Below are positions 1-13,141 of a DNA stretch of 64,000 nucleotides, piece by piece; the stretch's first letter is position 1, and each line of letters opens with the position of its first letter. This stretch comes from Octopus sinensis (Eukaryota). The DNA is taken from positions 18,848,001 to 18,912,000 of the forward strand of contig NC_043020.1 in NCBI RefSeq assembly GCF_006345805.1, read 5' to 3'. Below the pieces are notes generated by a model. It saw only the letters and a list, made by a program, of their open reading frames with translations, was not told the origin of the DNA and did not search any database. Position numbers and translations under genes: made by a program.

Positions 1-105
1 CAAATTTTAATTCTTCTTCATCTATGTGGAAGCATTCCATATATCTCTCCGCTGGCGCAAAAGACGCAGAGGTGATATTTTCATTTTTATGTTTTATTTC
101 TTTCG

Positions 106-163
<58 letters not shown>

Positions 164-370
164 GCTGCTGCTGCTGTTAATGGTGATGTTCTCTTTGTCG
201 ACACCGAAAGTTTTGACGTTGCTTAGAGAAGAAACATTTTTCGCCTCGGTGACGTCACTAAGTTTAGGTCATTCGATGTTGATATTCTCAATTCTTTCCT
301 TGTTCCCGAAATTTCTCGACAAGGAGCACGGTCGTTTGTCGAATATTATGATGGTTTCTTTATCAGCCAT
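1..370 (-). CDS. Candidate host coding frame with poly-Asn tract, running off the left window edge; one in-frame TGA at 269-271
   Basis: Manual translation from ATG at 370: MADKETIIIFDKRPCSLSRNFGNKERIENINIE*PKLSDVTEAKNVSSLSNVKTFGVDKENITINSSSS(N)nTKEIKHKNENITSASFAPAERYMECFHIDEEELKF. The frame is open from 268 to base 1. No family recognised. Confidence 0.3.
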
Positions 371-605
371 TAAATAAAAAAATTACAGAAAATTGCAAAA
401 TATTTGTTTTTGGTTAAAGCAGTTAAAATTCAAAAATTGTTTATGCCCACTACTTGCAAAACAGAGTGCATTTCTACACAAAAATACTATCTACACAATC
501 TAGACAATCTCTGAAAGGTAATGGTAACAACAGAAATGAAAAGATTACAAGCACTTTTTCAACTTACGGAACACCAAATTTCTGTGACTTCAAAGTATGG
601 CAGCC

Positions 606-655
<50 letters not shown>

Positions 656-657
656 TA

Positions 658-689
<32 letters not shown>

Positions 690-707
690 TATAATAATAA
701 TAATAAT

Positions 708-773
<66 letters not shown>

Positions 774-774
<1 letters not shown>

Positions 775-1327
775 CCCTGATGCAGTACCAGGCAGTGGCT
801 CTCATGGCTTCTGATCTTAACTGATTGGAAGTGTTATCATGTACATTGTTTTGTCTTGGTATAAAAGATGGGCTACAGCAAATATTCTGCTCAATACCAC
901 AGATTAGCTTGTCAGTTGTTTGACCGTAACCAGTTGACCATGTCCCTTAGTGGCTGACGATATGTGCATCTCTGATCACGAGCAGAAGTAGTGGGGGAGC
1001 ATCATAGCCATGTGTTGAGAGGGATTCTTTGGGGTTTAAATAATTCACCTCTGGAAACATGGGTGGTTCTTTCAACATCCTTAAACAACCCTTATTCAGG
1101 GACCTTTTGAGCGGGATGGGCTACTCAACCTGAAGACATTTCTAACTGGGTCCCACCTGCAAGGTCATGTGCTGTTTATCTTGATATGAGATCACCATGT
1201 CGCGCACATATGGTTGTGATGCATGTGCGTGGTGTACCCTTATCAGACGGGTAGTCATGATGGGTATATTGGGCTTCGTATATTTTACCCCAGTGTCACT
1301 TTGATGGCATGAACTGCTCTCTCACTC
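774..1327 (+). mobile_element. ~550-bp non-coding interspersed element flanked by (AAT)n on both sides, copy 1
   Basis: Homologous to 16701-17223 (inverted) and partly to 36491-36830. Begins GCCCTGATGCAGTACC and ends CTCTCTCACTC, with AAT repeats abutting each end. Confidence 0.75.
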
Positions 1328-1353
1328 AATAATAATAATAGTAGTAGTAGTAG

Positions 1354-1418
<65 letters not shown>

Positions 1419-1439
1419 GTAGTAGTAGTAGTAGTAGTA

Positions 1440-1500
<61 letters not shown>

Positions 1501-2039
1501 GGATGATGACGAAGACAGTGATGAAGCTGAGGGTTGATAATGATGCTGATAATGATGGTGACGCCAATGGTAGTAGTGGTGGTTGTGATGGCGAGAATGA
1601 TAGTAAAGACCCTGACGACGACGATAATGGTAGTAGCGGGTATGGTGGTGGTTGTTGGGGAGGAGAAGGAGGAGGAGGAAGTAGGGGACGAAATGCAGGA
1701 GGAGAACGAGATGGAGTATATTGAAGTTCGGGACGATGCTTTTTATTTCTGCTAGACACAGCTTACGTGTGCCGCAGAAACACGGTGACAAACACATAAA
1801 CACATGTCAGCACATATTACTGTACCTCAAACTGTACAGTCGTTGTCTTCCTTTCGTATAACACCAACACTACTGCCCCACACCTGTATCATCTGCTGTT
1901 TGTTATGTTAACAGCCGTAATCCTTTATGTAATCCGTAGCAGCAAATAAAACAGCATTAATCCGACCGATTAATTCTGTAACTCTGTTTTATGATTCATG
2001 CAGCGATATGAATATAAACGTAAATATAAATATATATGT

Positions 2040-2130
<91 letters not shown>

Positions 2131-2133
<3 letters not shown>

Positions 2134-2371
2134 AGTCTAAAGTCCTCTGTTAGGAGGAGACATCTCTACATATCTCTCAAGCTTGCACAACAAACCATAC
2201 ATATATATATGTATATATATATATATATATATTTATTATATATATTATTTATATATGCATGGTTTGTTGTGATACATATATATATATACATATATATATA
2301 TGTATGGTTTGTTGTGCAAGCTTGAGAGATATGTGGAGATGTCTCCTCCTAACAGAGGACTTTAGACTTTA
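2131..2371. repeat. Near-perfect palindrome, ~85-bp arms, next to (TA)n
   Basis: TAAAGTCTAAAGTCCTCTGTTAGGAGGAGACATCTC... at 2131 is the reverse complement of ...GAGATGTCTCCTCCTAACAGAGGACTTTAGACTTTA ending 2371; one mismatch seen in the non-repetitive part. Confidence 0.9.
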
Positions 2372-2754
2372 TGGCGTAATATCGCGCACTTCATGACGCT
2401 ACGTCATTTTGCCTGAGCCAATCGGAAGAGATCTGGTATACATATATGCAGAAGAGTGACGTCATCGTAGTGTGGAAAATAGCTGTTGTCAACATGTTAT
2501 TAGGACAAACAGGCGTTATGTCATCATGTGGAATAAATGACGTCACCAAAGTATATAAATCAGTAATGGTTGTTGTTGTTGGTGTTCCTAATTTTGTTTT
2601 CTTTATTCTTTTATCCTTTTACTTGTTCCACTCAATTGTATGCAATTACCCTGGAGTACAGACCCAAGGTATTTTGATATAAGAATTCCAAATAAAACAA
2701 TGCTATCTTTTTGAGAGTTTGAGGTTTTGTAAATAAGATGAATAGCAAAAATCG

Positions 2755-2885
2755 CTATGGCGTCGGATAGAAATGCTTTTTGTATTTGTTCCGGCTTTCT
2801 ATGCTTTGAGTTCAAATCGCATTGAGAAAAGTTTTCTGTTTCATCACTTCGGGGTCAATAAATTAACTACTAGTCAAGTACTGGA
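2755..2885 (+). mobile_element. SINE family B, degraded partial copy
   Basis: Matches the family B head and central segment (GAGTTCAAAT...TTCGGGGTCAATAAATTAA). Confidence 0.55.
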
Positions 2886-3589
2886 GCCTATTTCTTCGGT
2901 TTTCTCCCCTTCAAAAAGGCGCATCCAGACTACGCTCCCGAACGCTCTCTGTACTTACTAAAAAGGAAAGAAGGATTATTAAGGACTACAATAGGGTTAT
3001 GATTTGAGGGAGACTTGGCCGATATTTCTAGTTGGTCAAACGAACAAAGTAAACACACTTTCATTTACCGCAGAGGGATTTTTAAGAGCTCAACTGATGT
3101 CCCATGAGTGAAACTGTTTCTGTGTGTTTAACAACTGTTCGACAAAATTTGTCCTCACTGACATCTTCCGACCATATTATTAAAGTTCGATCCACCGTAT
3201 ATGTCTGTAAGTCGCTTCTACTGATCTACAATACCCTCACAATCCAACGAAGGCGGAACATCGAGATAGTCGCTTGACCGACTAGAAATAGCAGCCAAAT
3301 CTTGTCTGCATTACACTTTGTCGTCTTAAAAGGGAAATATGAAACATTCTTGAATGTGTTTCTAGATATACCATCATCTCAAGAAAATGTGCAACAGTCA
3401 TGGAGAGAATGTCTTTTCCGCAGCAAGAACATCAGTATCCTATTCCCTGAAGTTAAGAATTCAGTTGTAGCTGTTGTCCTCTTTTTCTTCCAATTAGGAC
3501 TCACACCATTAGCTACAAAGAATAATCTCTAATTCGAGCCTACTCTAAGCTACTAAGAATGCATGCGGCAACTTGAAGATCCACCCACC

Positions 3590-3915
3590 ACATTCGATAG
3601 ACTGGCGGTTAACGGTGGCTGTTAACGGGTGGAGAGCTGAACCATCATGGAGTACAGAGGATTCGCAATCTAGACTAGGGTCTGAAAGCTTACCACACCA
3701 TGTTTCCTCTGCTTTTTGGCAGAAGTAGGAATAAAGAGTGAGAGAAAGTTGTGGTGGAAGAGTACAGCAGGGTTCACCCCATCCCACCCCACGGGATCAT
3801 CGTGGAGCTTAGGTGCTTTTGCTCAATAATCATTCACAATGCCCGATCTGGAAATCGAAACCGCGTTCTTACGACCGCGAATCCGCTGCCCTAACCACTG
3901 GACCATTGCGCCTCC
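3590..3915 (-). mobile_element. SINE family C-type tRNA head with variant body
   Basis: Head GGAGGCGCAATGGTCCAGTGGTTAGGGCAGCGGATTCGCGGTCG matches 5188 and 21664; the body diverges after about 150 bp. Confidence 0.65.
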
Positions 3916-5187
3916 ACCTTTAACGCCGCACACTGCGCTTGCCACTTTCAGCTGTACATCTAGTCCTGCATTTAGTATGGTTTGTTTTAAGTGCCTGTTC
4001 CGGCACAGAATCTTGCTTCTCTCTCTGACCTCAGGTCACGCTTTTCCTAGCCAGTGCCAACTTCCATTGGCATATGCATTCCTGCTCTCCTCTCTCGCAA
4101 ATTACTCGTATATATATAAATACTTTTTTGCGTTCCATTTTCTTTCGTCTTTCTTATACATTTTACCTTCGTATTGCTCTTTTTCCATTCAAATATCTGT
4201 CCTCACAATGCCAGATATTATCTTCTGAACGAGCTCTATGGCATTCTTGATATACCATTCCAAACTATTTTGTTCTGAAAGTTGAATAACACCTTTGTGC
4301 CTGGTTTGGCACAACCTATCAATATTGCTCTTTAGATGGAATGTTCCGTGTGTTTTGAGTAGTTATCTCGATGTTCGGTCTAGCTCCGGTAACTCCTCTT
4401 CCCTCTAATAATACTCCCACTATACCTCAACAATGCCCATGTATTGATTGCTTGACCACAACAATTGCATAAAGCTTTCCTTTATTTCTTCTTCCATCAC
4501 TTCCTTCATCTCCTGTATATCCAAGTATATATACTCAGCATCATCAGTATTTTCATTATTTCCTCTGATCGTAATTCTATATCGTCTATTGACTTTCCTT
4601 CATGTCAGGAATATTACTCCACATTTTTAGGCTAAGTTCAATTTTGATATCCATCATGAAGTACTGTGTTCACTAAAGAATTGGCTGAAGCTAACCATAC
4701 AGATTGAGATCATCCATAAAGAATAGACGGTTGATCTTTTGCTATTTTCCTTTAAACTTATATCCAGATGTTACTTTACTCGTTCCCAGATGTTAAAGGA
4801 ATCATGCATAAAACAAGACACGCTGTCTTTAAAAAAAATCCTTTTGTTTTTTAATTTTCCCAGGTTCTATCCATATGTGAGGTCAATCTTTGAACTTTCT
4901 TTGTCTTTTCTCAAAAAACTTTTGACATTCTTTGCAATTCCAAACATTTTCAAACATTCAATGCTTCACGGGTGTGGTATCATGTCATAGGACTTGCGCT
5001 AAACTACCCGGACCATTGCTAAATTTGTCTTTCTTCACTTACAATCTTTCATCACCATTTTATTTATGAGTAGCTTGCTTTTTAGTTACCTTACAATTCT
5101 GTTTATAGCCCTTCTGCTCAACAAGTAAGAATTAGCTATCATCAAGAAATGTGTACGTTTCACGAGGGATTATTCCAGCGAGCTGTG

Positions 5188-5690
5188 GAGGTGCAATAGT
5201 GGTTAGGGCAGCGGACTCGCGGTCGTAGGATTGCGGTTTCGATACCAAGACCGGCCATTGTGAGTGTTTATTGAGCGAGAACACCTAAAGCTCCACGAGG
5301 CTCCGGCAGGAGGTTGCGGTGAACCCTGCAGTACTCTTTCACCACAACATTCTCTCACTCTTTCTTCCTGTTTCTGTTGTACCTGTATTTCAAAGGGCCA
5401 GCCTTGTCACACTCTGTGTCACACTGAATCTCCCAGAGAACTACGTTAAGGGTACACGTGGAGTGCTCAGCCACTTGCACGTTAATAAATTAGCTGCGAC
5501 GTTACTGGTGCCAAGCTGTATCGGCCTTTGACTTTCCCTTGGATAACATCGGTGGCGTAGAGAGGAGTGGCTTGTATGCGTGGGTGACTGCTGATTTTCC
5601 ATAAACAACCTTGCCCAGACTTGTGCCTCGAGGGGTAACTTTCTAGGTGCAATCCCATGGTCATTCATGACCGAAACGGGGTCACAAAAA
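5188..5690 (+). mobile_element. SINE family C (tRNA-derived)
   Basis: A-box-like TAGTGGTTAGG and B-box-like GGTTTCGATACC; body matches 21300-21664. Confidence 0.8.
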
Positions 5691-5980
5691 TTCCAGCGAG
5701 CAGCTTCCATATCAGTAGGAGGCACGATATGGGTCTGTTATTATCCACAGTATCGTTTTTCGAAGCATCCTTGAGACAGAGTACTGTTCGTCCGATAGCT
5801 AAATAGCTATTCGCTCTGGAAACTCTTCATTCCAATTGATCCGTGTGTTCAACTCTTGTGCTATTCACTTGTGGTATCCGGTCAGTTTCTTTATCCAATA
5901 TGCTTGCTCCAGCTTCTTCTTAAGTATTCATCTTCCTACTTGTTGCACATTTTCTTTTTCAGTTTTGATTCCTTCCTGTT

Positions 5981-6375
5981 ATTCTTTTACTTGTTTCAGT
6001 CATTTGACTGCGGCCATGCTGGAGTACCGCCTTAAAGGGTGCTAGTCGAAGAAATCGACCCCAGGACTTATTCTTTGTAAGTCTAGTATTTATTCTATCG
6101 GTTTTATTTTGGCGTAACATTAAGTTACGGAGACATAGACACACCAGCATTGGCTGTCAAGCGATAGCGGGGGGAACAAACACAAACACACGCACACACA
6201 CACACACAACCCCCCACACACATATAAACGATGGGCTTCTTCCAGTTTCCGTCTATCAAATCCACTCACAAGGCTTTGGTCAACCCGAAGATATAGTAGA
6301 AGACACTTGCCTAAGTTTCCACGCAGCGGGACTGAAAACGAAACCATGTGATTGGGAGGCAAGCTTTTTACCACA
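5981..6375 (-). mobile_element. SINE family A (tRNA-derived, internal microsatellite)
   Basis: Near full-length match to 60271-60680, including the (CA)n centre and the CAGCATGGCCGCAGTCAAATGACTGAAACAAG tail. Confidence 0.85.
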
Positions 6376-7186
6376 AATTTTGTAGCCGATCAGCCTCTGC
6401 ATTATGCTGCTTCTCTTTACTCCACACGACTTCCTTCTGCTTCTGGTATGTCTCTTTCGTGTGTGTTTTCCCCACTTATTTATTCTGATCAATTTGAATT
6501 AATCTGTTTTTCTTATACTACCAAAATGCACTGTTTTAGTTCTTCAGTTACATCATTCAGCCTATTGTGTGGTCTTATGTGAGATTAAAATCCAACCTCA
6601 AGCGGGCAGAGTTTGCCATAAGATAAACAAGGGAGATCCATTATAGGCCGGGTTTTTTTTTTGCTTTCTTATTTCCTCTTAACATTTACCTATATTAGCA
6701 TATTTTGCTTGAAAGTTTCCACACCATCACATTTTTGAATGCCAAGTAGAGCGATCCGCTCCGAAACTTTACACACAATTGGGCACTTTCTACTGATTAT
6801 CAGTTCGCCTTTATCAGTATGTTCCAGGATCTGCAAATCTCACGGAAGTATGAAGAAACAGTTCAATGTTCATCAAGGCTAAACCATGCGCAGTTCACGC
6901 TGCACCATAACTGCTATGCAATTTATGTGGTCGTCTTTTTTAAACAGTATGTCTGATCTAAAAAGCCACATAAAATCTCATACTGAACTGAGCATTGTAT
7001 ACATCACTGAGGTGGTCATGCTTTGTATATGTATTTATGTATATACACACGCATACAAAGCTTGATTCACAAAACTTAATTTATAAATAAATTATATCCA
7101 TCAATGCGGTATTGAGCGCTCATTTTCATCGTTTGACAATTACGAATATGTATATGTATATGTATATGCATGTGTGTGTGTGTGTG

Positions 7187-7223
<37 letters not shown>

Positions 7224-7359
7224 CGTGCGTGGGGGATAGATTTAGTGATCTTTTTTTGTCTCCTTTTCTGTGGAACACCTTGAAGTGCTGGTGAACAGCC
7301 AACAGCGTCGGAAGGCGTAAAGATTAAAGTTGGAGTTAGGAAAAAGCTAGCTGATATGG

Positions 7360-7945
7360 AAAACTAGAAGCCATCTGAATTTTGGATGTTATTTGCATCG
7401 AAATCATTCACGTCGGGTATCAAAAGGCCGACATCTTGTCTGTTGTTTGATGCTCTGTGAACAACGCAAAGGCTGGAAGACGTGGCATCGCTAGTAGCAA
7501 CAGAGACTACGAAGCCGTGGCCAGCAGGCGTTTCTGAGTGCGTTCGCACACAGGAATTGATCCAGCAGCTAATGAAGAGAGACTTAGGCTCAATTCAGAC
7601 AGCAACGTGAAGCTGCTGCAGACTGACCAAACCCTGGCTGGAGAGGGTTGCTGCTGGAAGGCCGTATGTGTGGCAGCATTATTCGATGCTTTGCTATACC
7701 TCTGAAAAGAATCAGAAGAGGTTGTCTGAGAATTTCTAAAACTTCACCAGCCCCAATTTCAGGACTCTTAATCCCCCAGTTGTAATCCGATGAAGTACTA
7801 TGTGAGGGGGGGGGCGTTGAGAAAGACACCTCCCGCTCTGCGTGCAACACCAAGGCAAAGCAGGTGTCCAAGATGTAGAAGGCATTCCATTATTTTCTAA
7901 AGAACACGTTAAGGAGCGTATGGGACAGGTTCATCAGCCATTTTG
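7360..7945 (+). mobile_element. Internally deleted DD37D/maT-like (IS630-Tc1-mariner) transposase remnant
   Basis: Frames give LRLNSD..VKLL, PWLERVAAGRPYVWQ, LSENF..FTSPN, CNPM.YYV and VEKDT.RSACNTKA; homologous to the 44377-44844 translation. Confidence 0.75.
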
Positions 7946-7974
7946 AAACTGCGGATAGATAGATAGATGGATAG

Positions 7975-8415
7975 ATGTTTCTTTATTAGCCACACAGGGC
8001 TGCACACAGATAGAACAAATTACAAGGTAGAGCTTTTCTTTTGAAGGTTTAAAAAAAAAAAAAAAAAAGGAAGGGGGAGTTTCGATCAAAAGGGATCGTA
8101 AAAGGAGAGAAAGAGGACAAAAAAAGGGGAGTTAAAAAAAAAGGGGGAGAGGAAAAAAAAAAAAATTTGATCAATAGGGATCGTTATCACAGAAATGTCA
8201 ATATGAAGTGTAAAGGGGAGGACAGGTGAGGTTTACCCGTGGAAAGAAAAGCCTACGGAAAAGACCACGGTAACCTCGGTCAATGGAGTCACATGTTATA
8301 TTTCTTTTTTTTTTTTTTTGCAAATAAGCAACTCTCTGTTTTCAATTTCTGGGTTCATAGGATCATGCTCAAGGTGGCTTCGTCATTCATATGTACCATT
8401 CTTGCTACATTCACC
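7975..8415 (-). mobile_element. Probable LINE 3' end (possibly Tx1-like), C-terminus plus 3' UTR
   Basis: Minus frame ends ..[19 protein letters not shown], followed by a U-rich UTR and AATAAAGAAAC; bounded by (GATA)n. Clade assignment is from recall only. Confidence 0.35.
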
Positions 8416-9600
<1,185 letters not shown>

Positions 9601-9873
9601 AGCTATGTAGGTGGGTAGGAAATATACTTAATGTAATATAGAAATATCTGTCTGCACATCTCGTTTGTCTGTATTTCGTTTCGTTATTTTTATTTTTATT
9701 TTTAAAATCTAACAATTTAATATTTACTATATCTGCTTTTGAAATAAACATCAAAATATATTTCAATAAATACATTTTTATTCTTCTTCTAGCCTTTCAG
9801 AATTTACATCTATGACAGGGACGGGGGAAAACGTTTTAAAAAATTTGAAGAAAGACTTTGTAAATGGTGGTAG

Positions 9874-9908
<35 letters not shown>

Positions 9909-11176
9909 AGGGAGAGAGAAAGCTGCTTAGTCCTCGAGGCTAACTCTTCTACGTTAGAGACAAAGAAAAGCTTATGGTCAGATACGATACATCCATTTCT
10001 TTTTTTCCTTTTTATTTTCTACCCCTCACTCTGATTAAATCTATTTGAAATCACTCCGACGCCATCTTAATATTAAAGGATGAAGGAGGGAGGCTGAGCT
10101 AGAGTGGGGAGAAAAACATTATTAATCAATATTTCATCTCAATTTTCAGCGACAAATTGCTAGTGGTAAAACGGTATAGATTTTCATGAGAAGTAAATTC
10201 ATCACAATCAATCTTCCATTAATATCATAGAACCGATTTTCTCATTTCTTTCTTATTTATTTTTTTCTTTCACCATTTCCTTCTCCTTTTTTCTATCAGT
10301 TTCGTTGATGTTGTTATTATTATTATTATTGTCATTATTATTGTTGTTGCTGTTGTTGTTGCTATTATTATGTTATTTTTTTCTCTAATTTTTCAAATTA
10401 TATTCTTGTCTCAATTAAATTGATCTGGATGGCATTAAACCTGCTTCCCGGTTTTGTTTTCTTTTGTTATTATTGTTTCTGTTATTTGCTTGTTTATTTG
10501 CTGTTGTTTTTTCTTTATCATTGATAAATAGCATCGATTACCCTCAGATTTTAATCTCCGCCATCACCGCTATCTCTCTAAAATTTTTTCTCTCCTTTCA
10601 ATAAGTTCTTCTCTCTCTCTCTCTCTTCTCTCTCCCTCTTCTGTCTCTCTTCTCTCTCTCCTTCTTCTCTCCCTCTTCTCTCTCTCTCTCCCTCTCTCTC
10701 TTCTCTTAATTCTGTCTTACTCTCTCTTTTCCTTTTCTCCTCGTCTGACTCTCTTATTATCGTTCTTTTCCTTTTCTCTTTTTTGTTCAGACATTTTTCC
10801 TTGAAATGGACAAATAATTTTGGGCGAAATATTTTTATTTTACGTATTTTATGAAATATGGCGGATTTTGTTAAAATTATTAATCACCTATCCCTCCCTC
10901 TCTCATCCTCTTTCTTCCTTTCTCTCCCCATCTTACTCTATCTCTCCCCTCTTTCTCTCTATCTTTTAATCTCCCTCCTCCTCTCTCTCTTTCTCTGTCT
11001 CTTTCTCTCTCTCTAGTGTCATCCTTTTAAGAAATTCCTTTCCTAAAACGTTAACCATTTAATTAACCCCTGAACAACATAAGACTAGAGACTTTTTTGC
11101 GTAGTAAACAGCCTGTTCATATACATAAATAGATAAATATATAAATAAAGCGATAGATCATTACCATCATCCTTTT

Positions 11177-11278
<102 letters not shown>

Positions 11279-11301
11279 CACCACCACTACTACTACTACT
11301 A

Positions 11302-11333
<32 letters not shown>

Positions 11334-11680
11334 TTACAACGTCTACAACTATTTAATGTCTATATAAAATCTTTTGACTTTTTACGCAATCTTACACATT
11401 ATAAATTCTTGCAAACAACAAGGCTGATCCATTAATGTTCCAACCAGCCGTGACTCATAGTTTAGAGAGTTCCGTCGTCACAGGAAAATTGTCTTTGGTT
11501 TGGTCAAAACTAAAAGGAATTGTAATAAGGCTTTACTGCTCACTCTGTCTTGGCTCCAAGAGTTTTGACAAATTTCCTGATAGTTCCATCATCTTTATCC
11601 GACGTTGATGCAGTATTACAACTGTGCGGATACAACAAAATGTTTTGCATATCTATTCTCAATATATTCCGGTAGATCAA

Positions 11681-11877
11681 AGCGGCGAGATGGCAGAATC
11701 GTTTGCACGCGGTATTTCGCCCGTTTTTTTATCTTCTAAGTTCTAATTCTACATGGCCGACTTTGCCTTTCATCTTTTAAGAATCGATAAAATAAGTAGC
11801 AGACAAGTCTGAGGTCGATCTAATCGACTTAGCTCTTCCCCATGAAATTTAATGACGTTGTGCCAAAATTTGAAACC
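11681..11877 (+). mobile_element. SINE family B
   Basis: GCGGCGAGATGGCAGAATCG head, central GACTTTGCCTTTCATC...GATAAAATAAGTA, AAATTTGAAACC end. Confidence 0.75.
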
Positions 11878-12002
11878 ATTATGTTCCGGCACATTCGCAC
11901 GCGAATATGCTAATCGCTGTTCTCGAAAGAGAACAGCTTTTTACGATGAGTATGTGATAATAACACATTGAAATTTATTTTGTTCAAGAAATTATTGGAC
12001 AA

Positions 12003-12062
12003 TCGAACCGAGCAAAGCCTTGTGAGCATATTTGGAAAATGGAAACTGAAAGAAGCCCATCA

Positions 12063-12110
<48 letters not shown>

Positions 12111-12560
12111 TAAGGTAGCGAGTTGGGGGAATCGTTAGCACATCGAAAAATAGGCTTAGCGGTATTTCGCTCGTCTTTACGCTCATCTCAGTTTAAATGC
12201 CACCGAGGTCGGTTTTGTCTTTCATCGTTTTGGGGTTCATAAAATAAGTACCAGTTGAGTACTGGGGTTGATGTAATCGACTCACACCCTCCCCCGAGCG
12301 TGCTGGCCTTGTACCAGAATTTGAAACCATATGTGTGTGTGAGAGTTTGCCTCTGTGTTTGTCTCCCACTACCGCTTGACAACCGACGTTCACTTTTTTA
12401 CGCCCCTGTAATCTAACAGTTCGGTAAAAGGAGACCGATGGAATAAGTAACAGGTTTTTGTTTTTTTAAAAAACTACTAGGGTCGATTTGTTCGACTGAA
12501 ATTTTCCAGGCAATGCCCCAGCATGGTCGTAATCCAATGACTGAAACAAATAAATGACAA
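12003..12560 (+). mobile_element. SINE family A (head missing) with a family B copy nested in its (GT)n
   Basis: Family A sequence resumes at ~12330 after a family B copy at ~12113-12328. Confidence 0.75.
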
Positions 12561-12658
12561 AGTGGCTGTCCATTTATTTAGTGATCCAATCACGACCAGA
12601 GATGTTTCTCACACTAATCGAGAAGAAACATGGGAAGGAAAATATATTAACAAATATA

Positions 12659-13137
12659 CAGGATGACTGAAAAGTAACTCTCTATTTTGAAATACTTATA
12701 AATTATTTATTAATTGTAATTTTTACCAAAAATTGATAAGCGAGGAAAGCTTTTGTACGAGGTTTTATTTTAAATTTGATATGTGGTCCAGATATCACCA
12801 TCAGCTTCCTGAGTCGCTCAGGAATTGTGTTAACTGATTTCACCTGGAACTCTTGTTCTACGGAAGACATAACGTCTCTTCATTGGCTTCCAAAGCCTTT
12901 GGTTTGGTACAATAGACCCGAAGAAAGAAGCTGGCCACTCGTGCGGACCACGACGATCCATCCATCTCCCAGGAAAGGGGACATTCAGCCATTAACAAAC
13001 AAGAACAATACGATTACAGATTAAATTTTCATACTTCAAAAGACAAACACACAAAAAAATTTTTAAATTAAGAAAAAGATTACAATTAAATAATTTATAA
13101 GTATTTTAAAATCGGGAGTTACTTTTCAATTACCCTG
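12659..13137. mobile_element. Tc1/mariner-type MITE with transposase remnant
   Basis: TIRs CAGGATGACTGAAAAGTAACTC / GAGTTACTTTTCAATTACCCTG, TA at both ends; minus-strand RRGPHEWP remnant. Confidence 0.75.
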
Positions 13138-13141
13138 TATA

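Larger units (their letters stand above)
3925..6590 (-). mobile_element. Degraded R4/Dong-like non-LTR retrotransposon RT region, interrupted by two SINEs
   Basis: Minus-strand translations with stops and frameshifts: YWIKKLTGYH and [19 protein letters not shown] (5700-5950), INRLFFMDDLNLYG (~4695-4735), EQALKTN (~3985-4005). Confidence 0.75.

Noticed and set aside
774-910. HDV-like ribozyme at the 5' end of the 550-bp element
   Set aside because: Candidate P2 and P4 helices exist, but the spacing is too short for P3 and P1; I could not complete the fold by eye.
7855-7900. RCPRC read as a LINE zinc knuckle
   Set aside because: Another frame gives a continuous match to the DD37D-like transposase, which explains the region better.
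9801-9870. Possible plus-strand exon after TTCTTCTTCTAGCCTTTCAG
   Set aside because: The donor site is weak, two frames are open, and there is no recognisable peptide.
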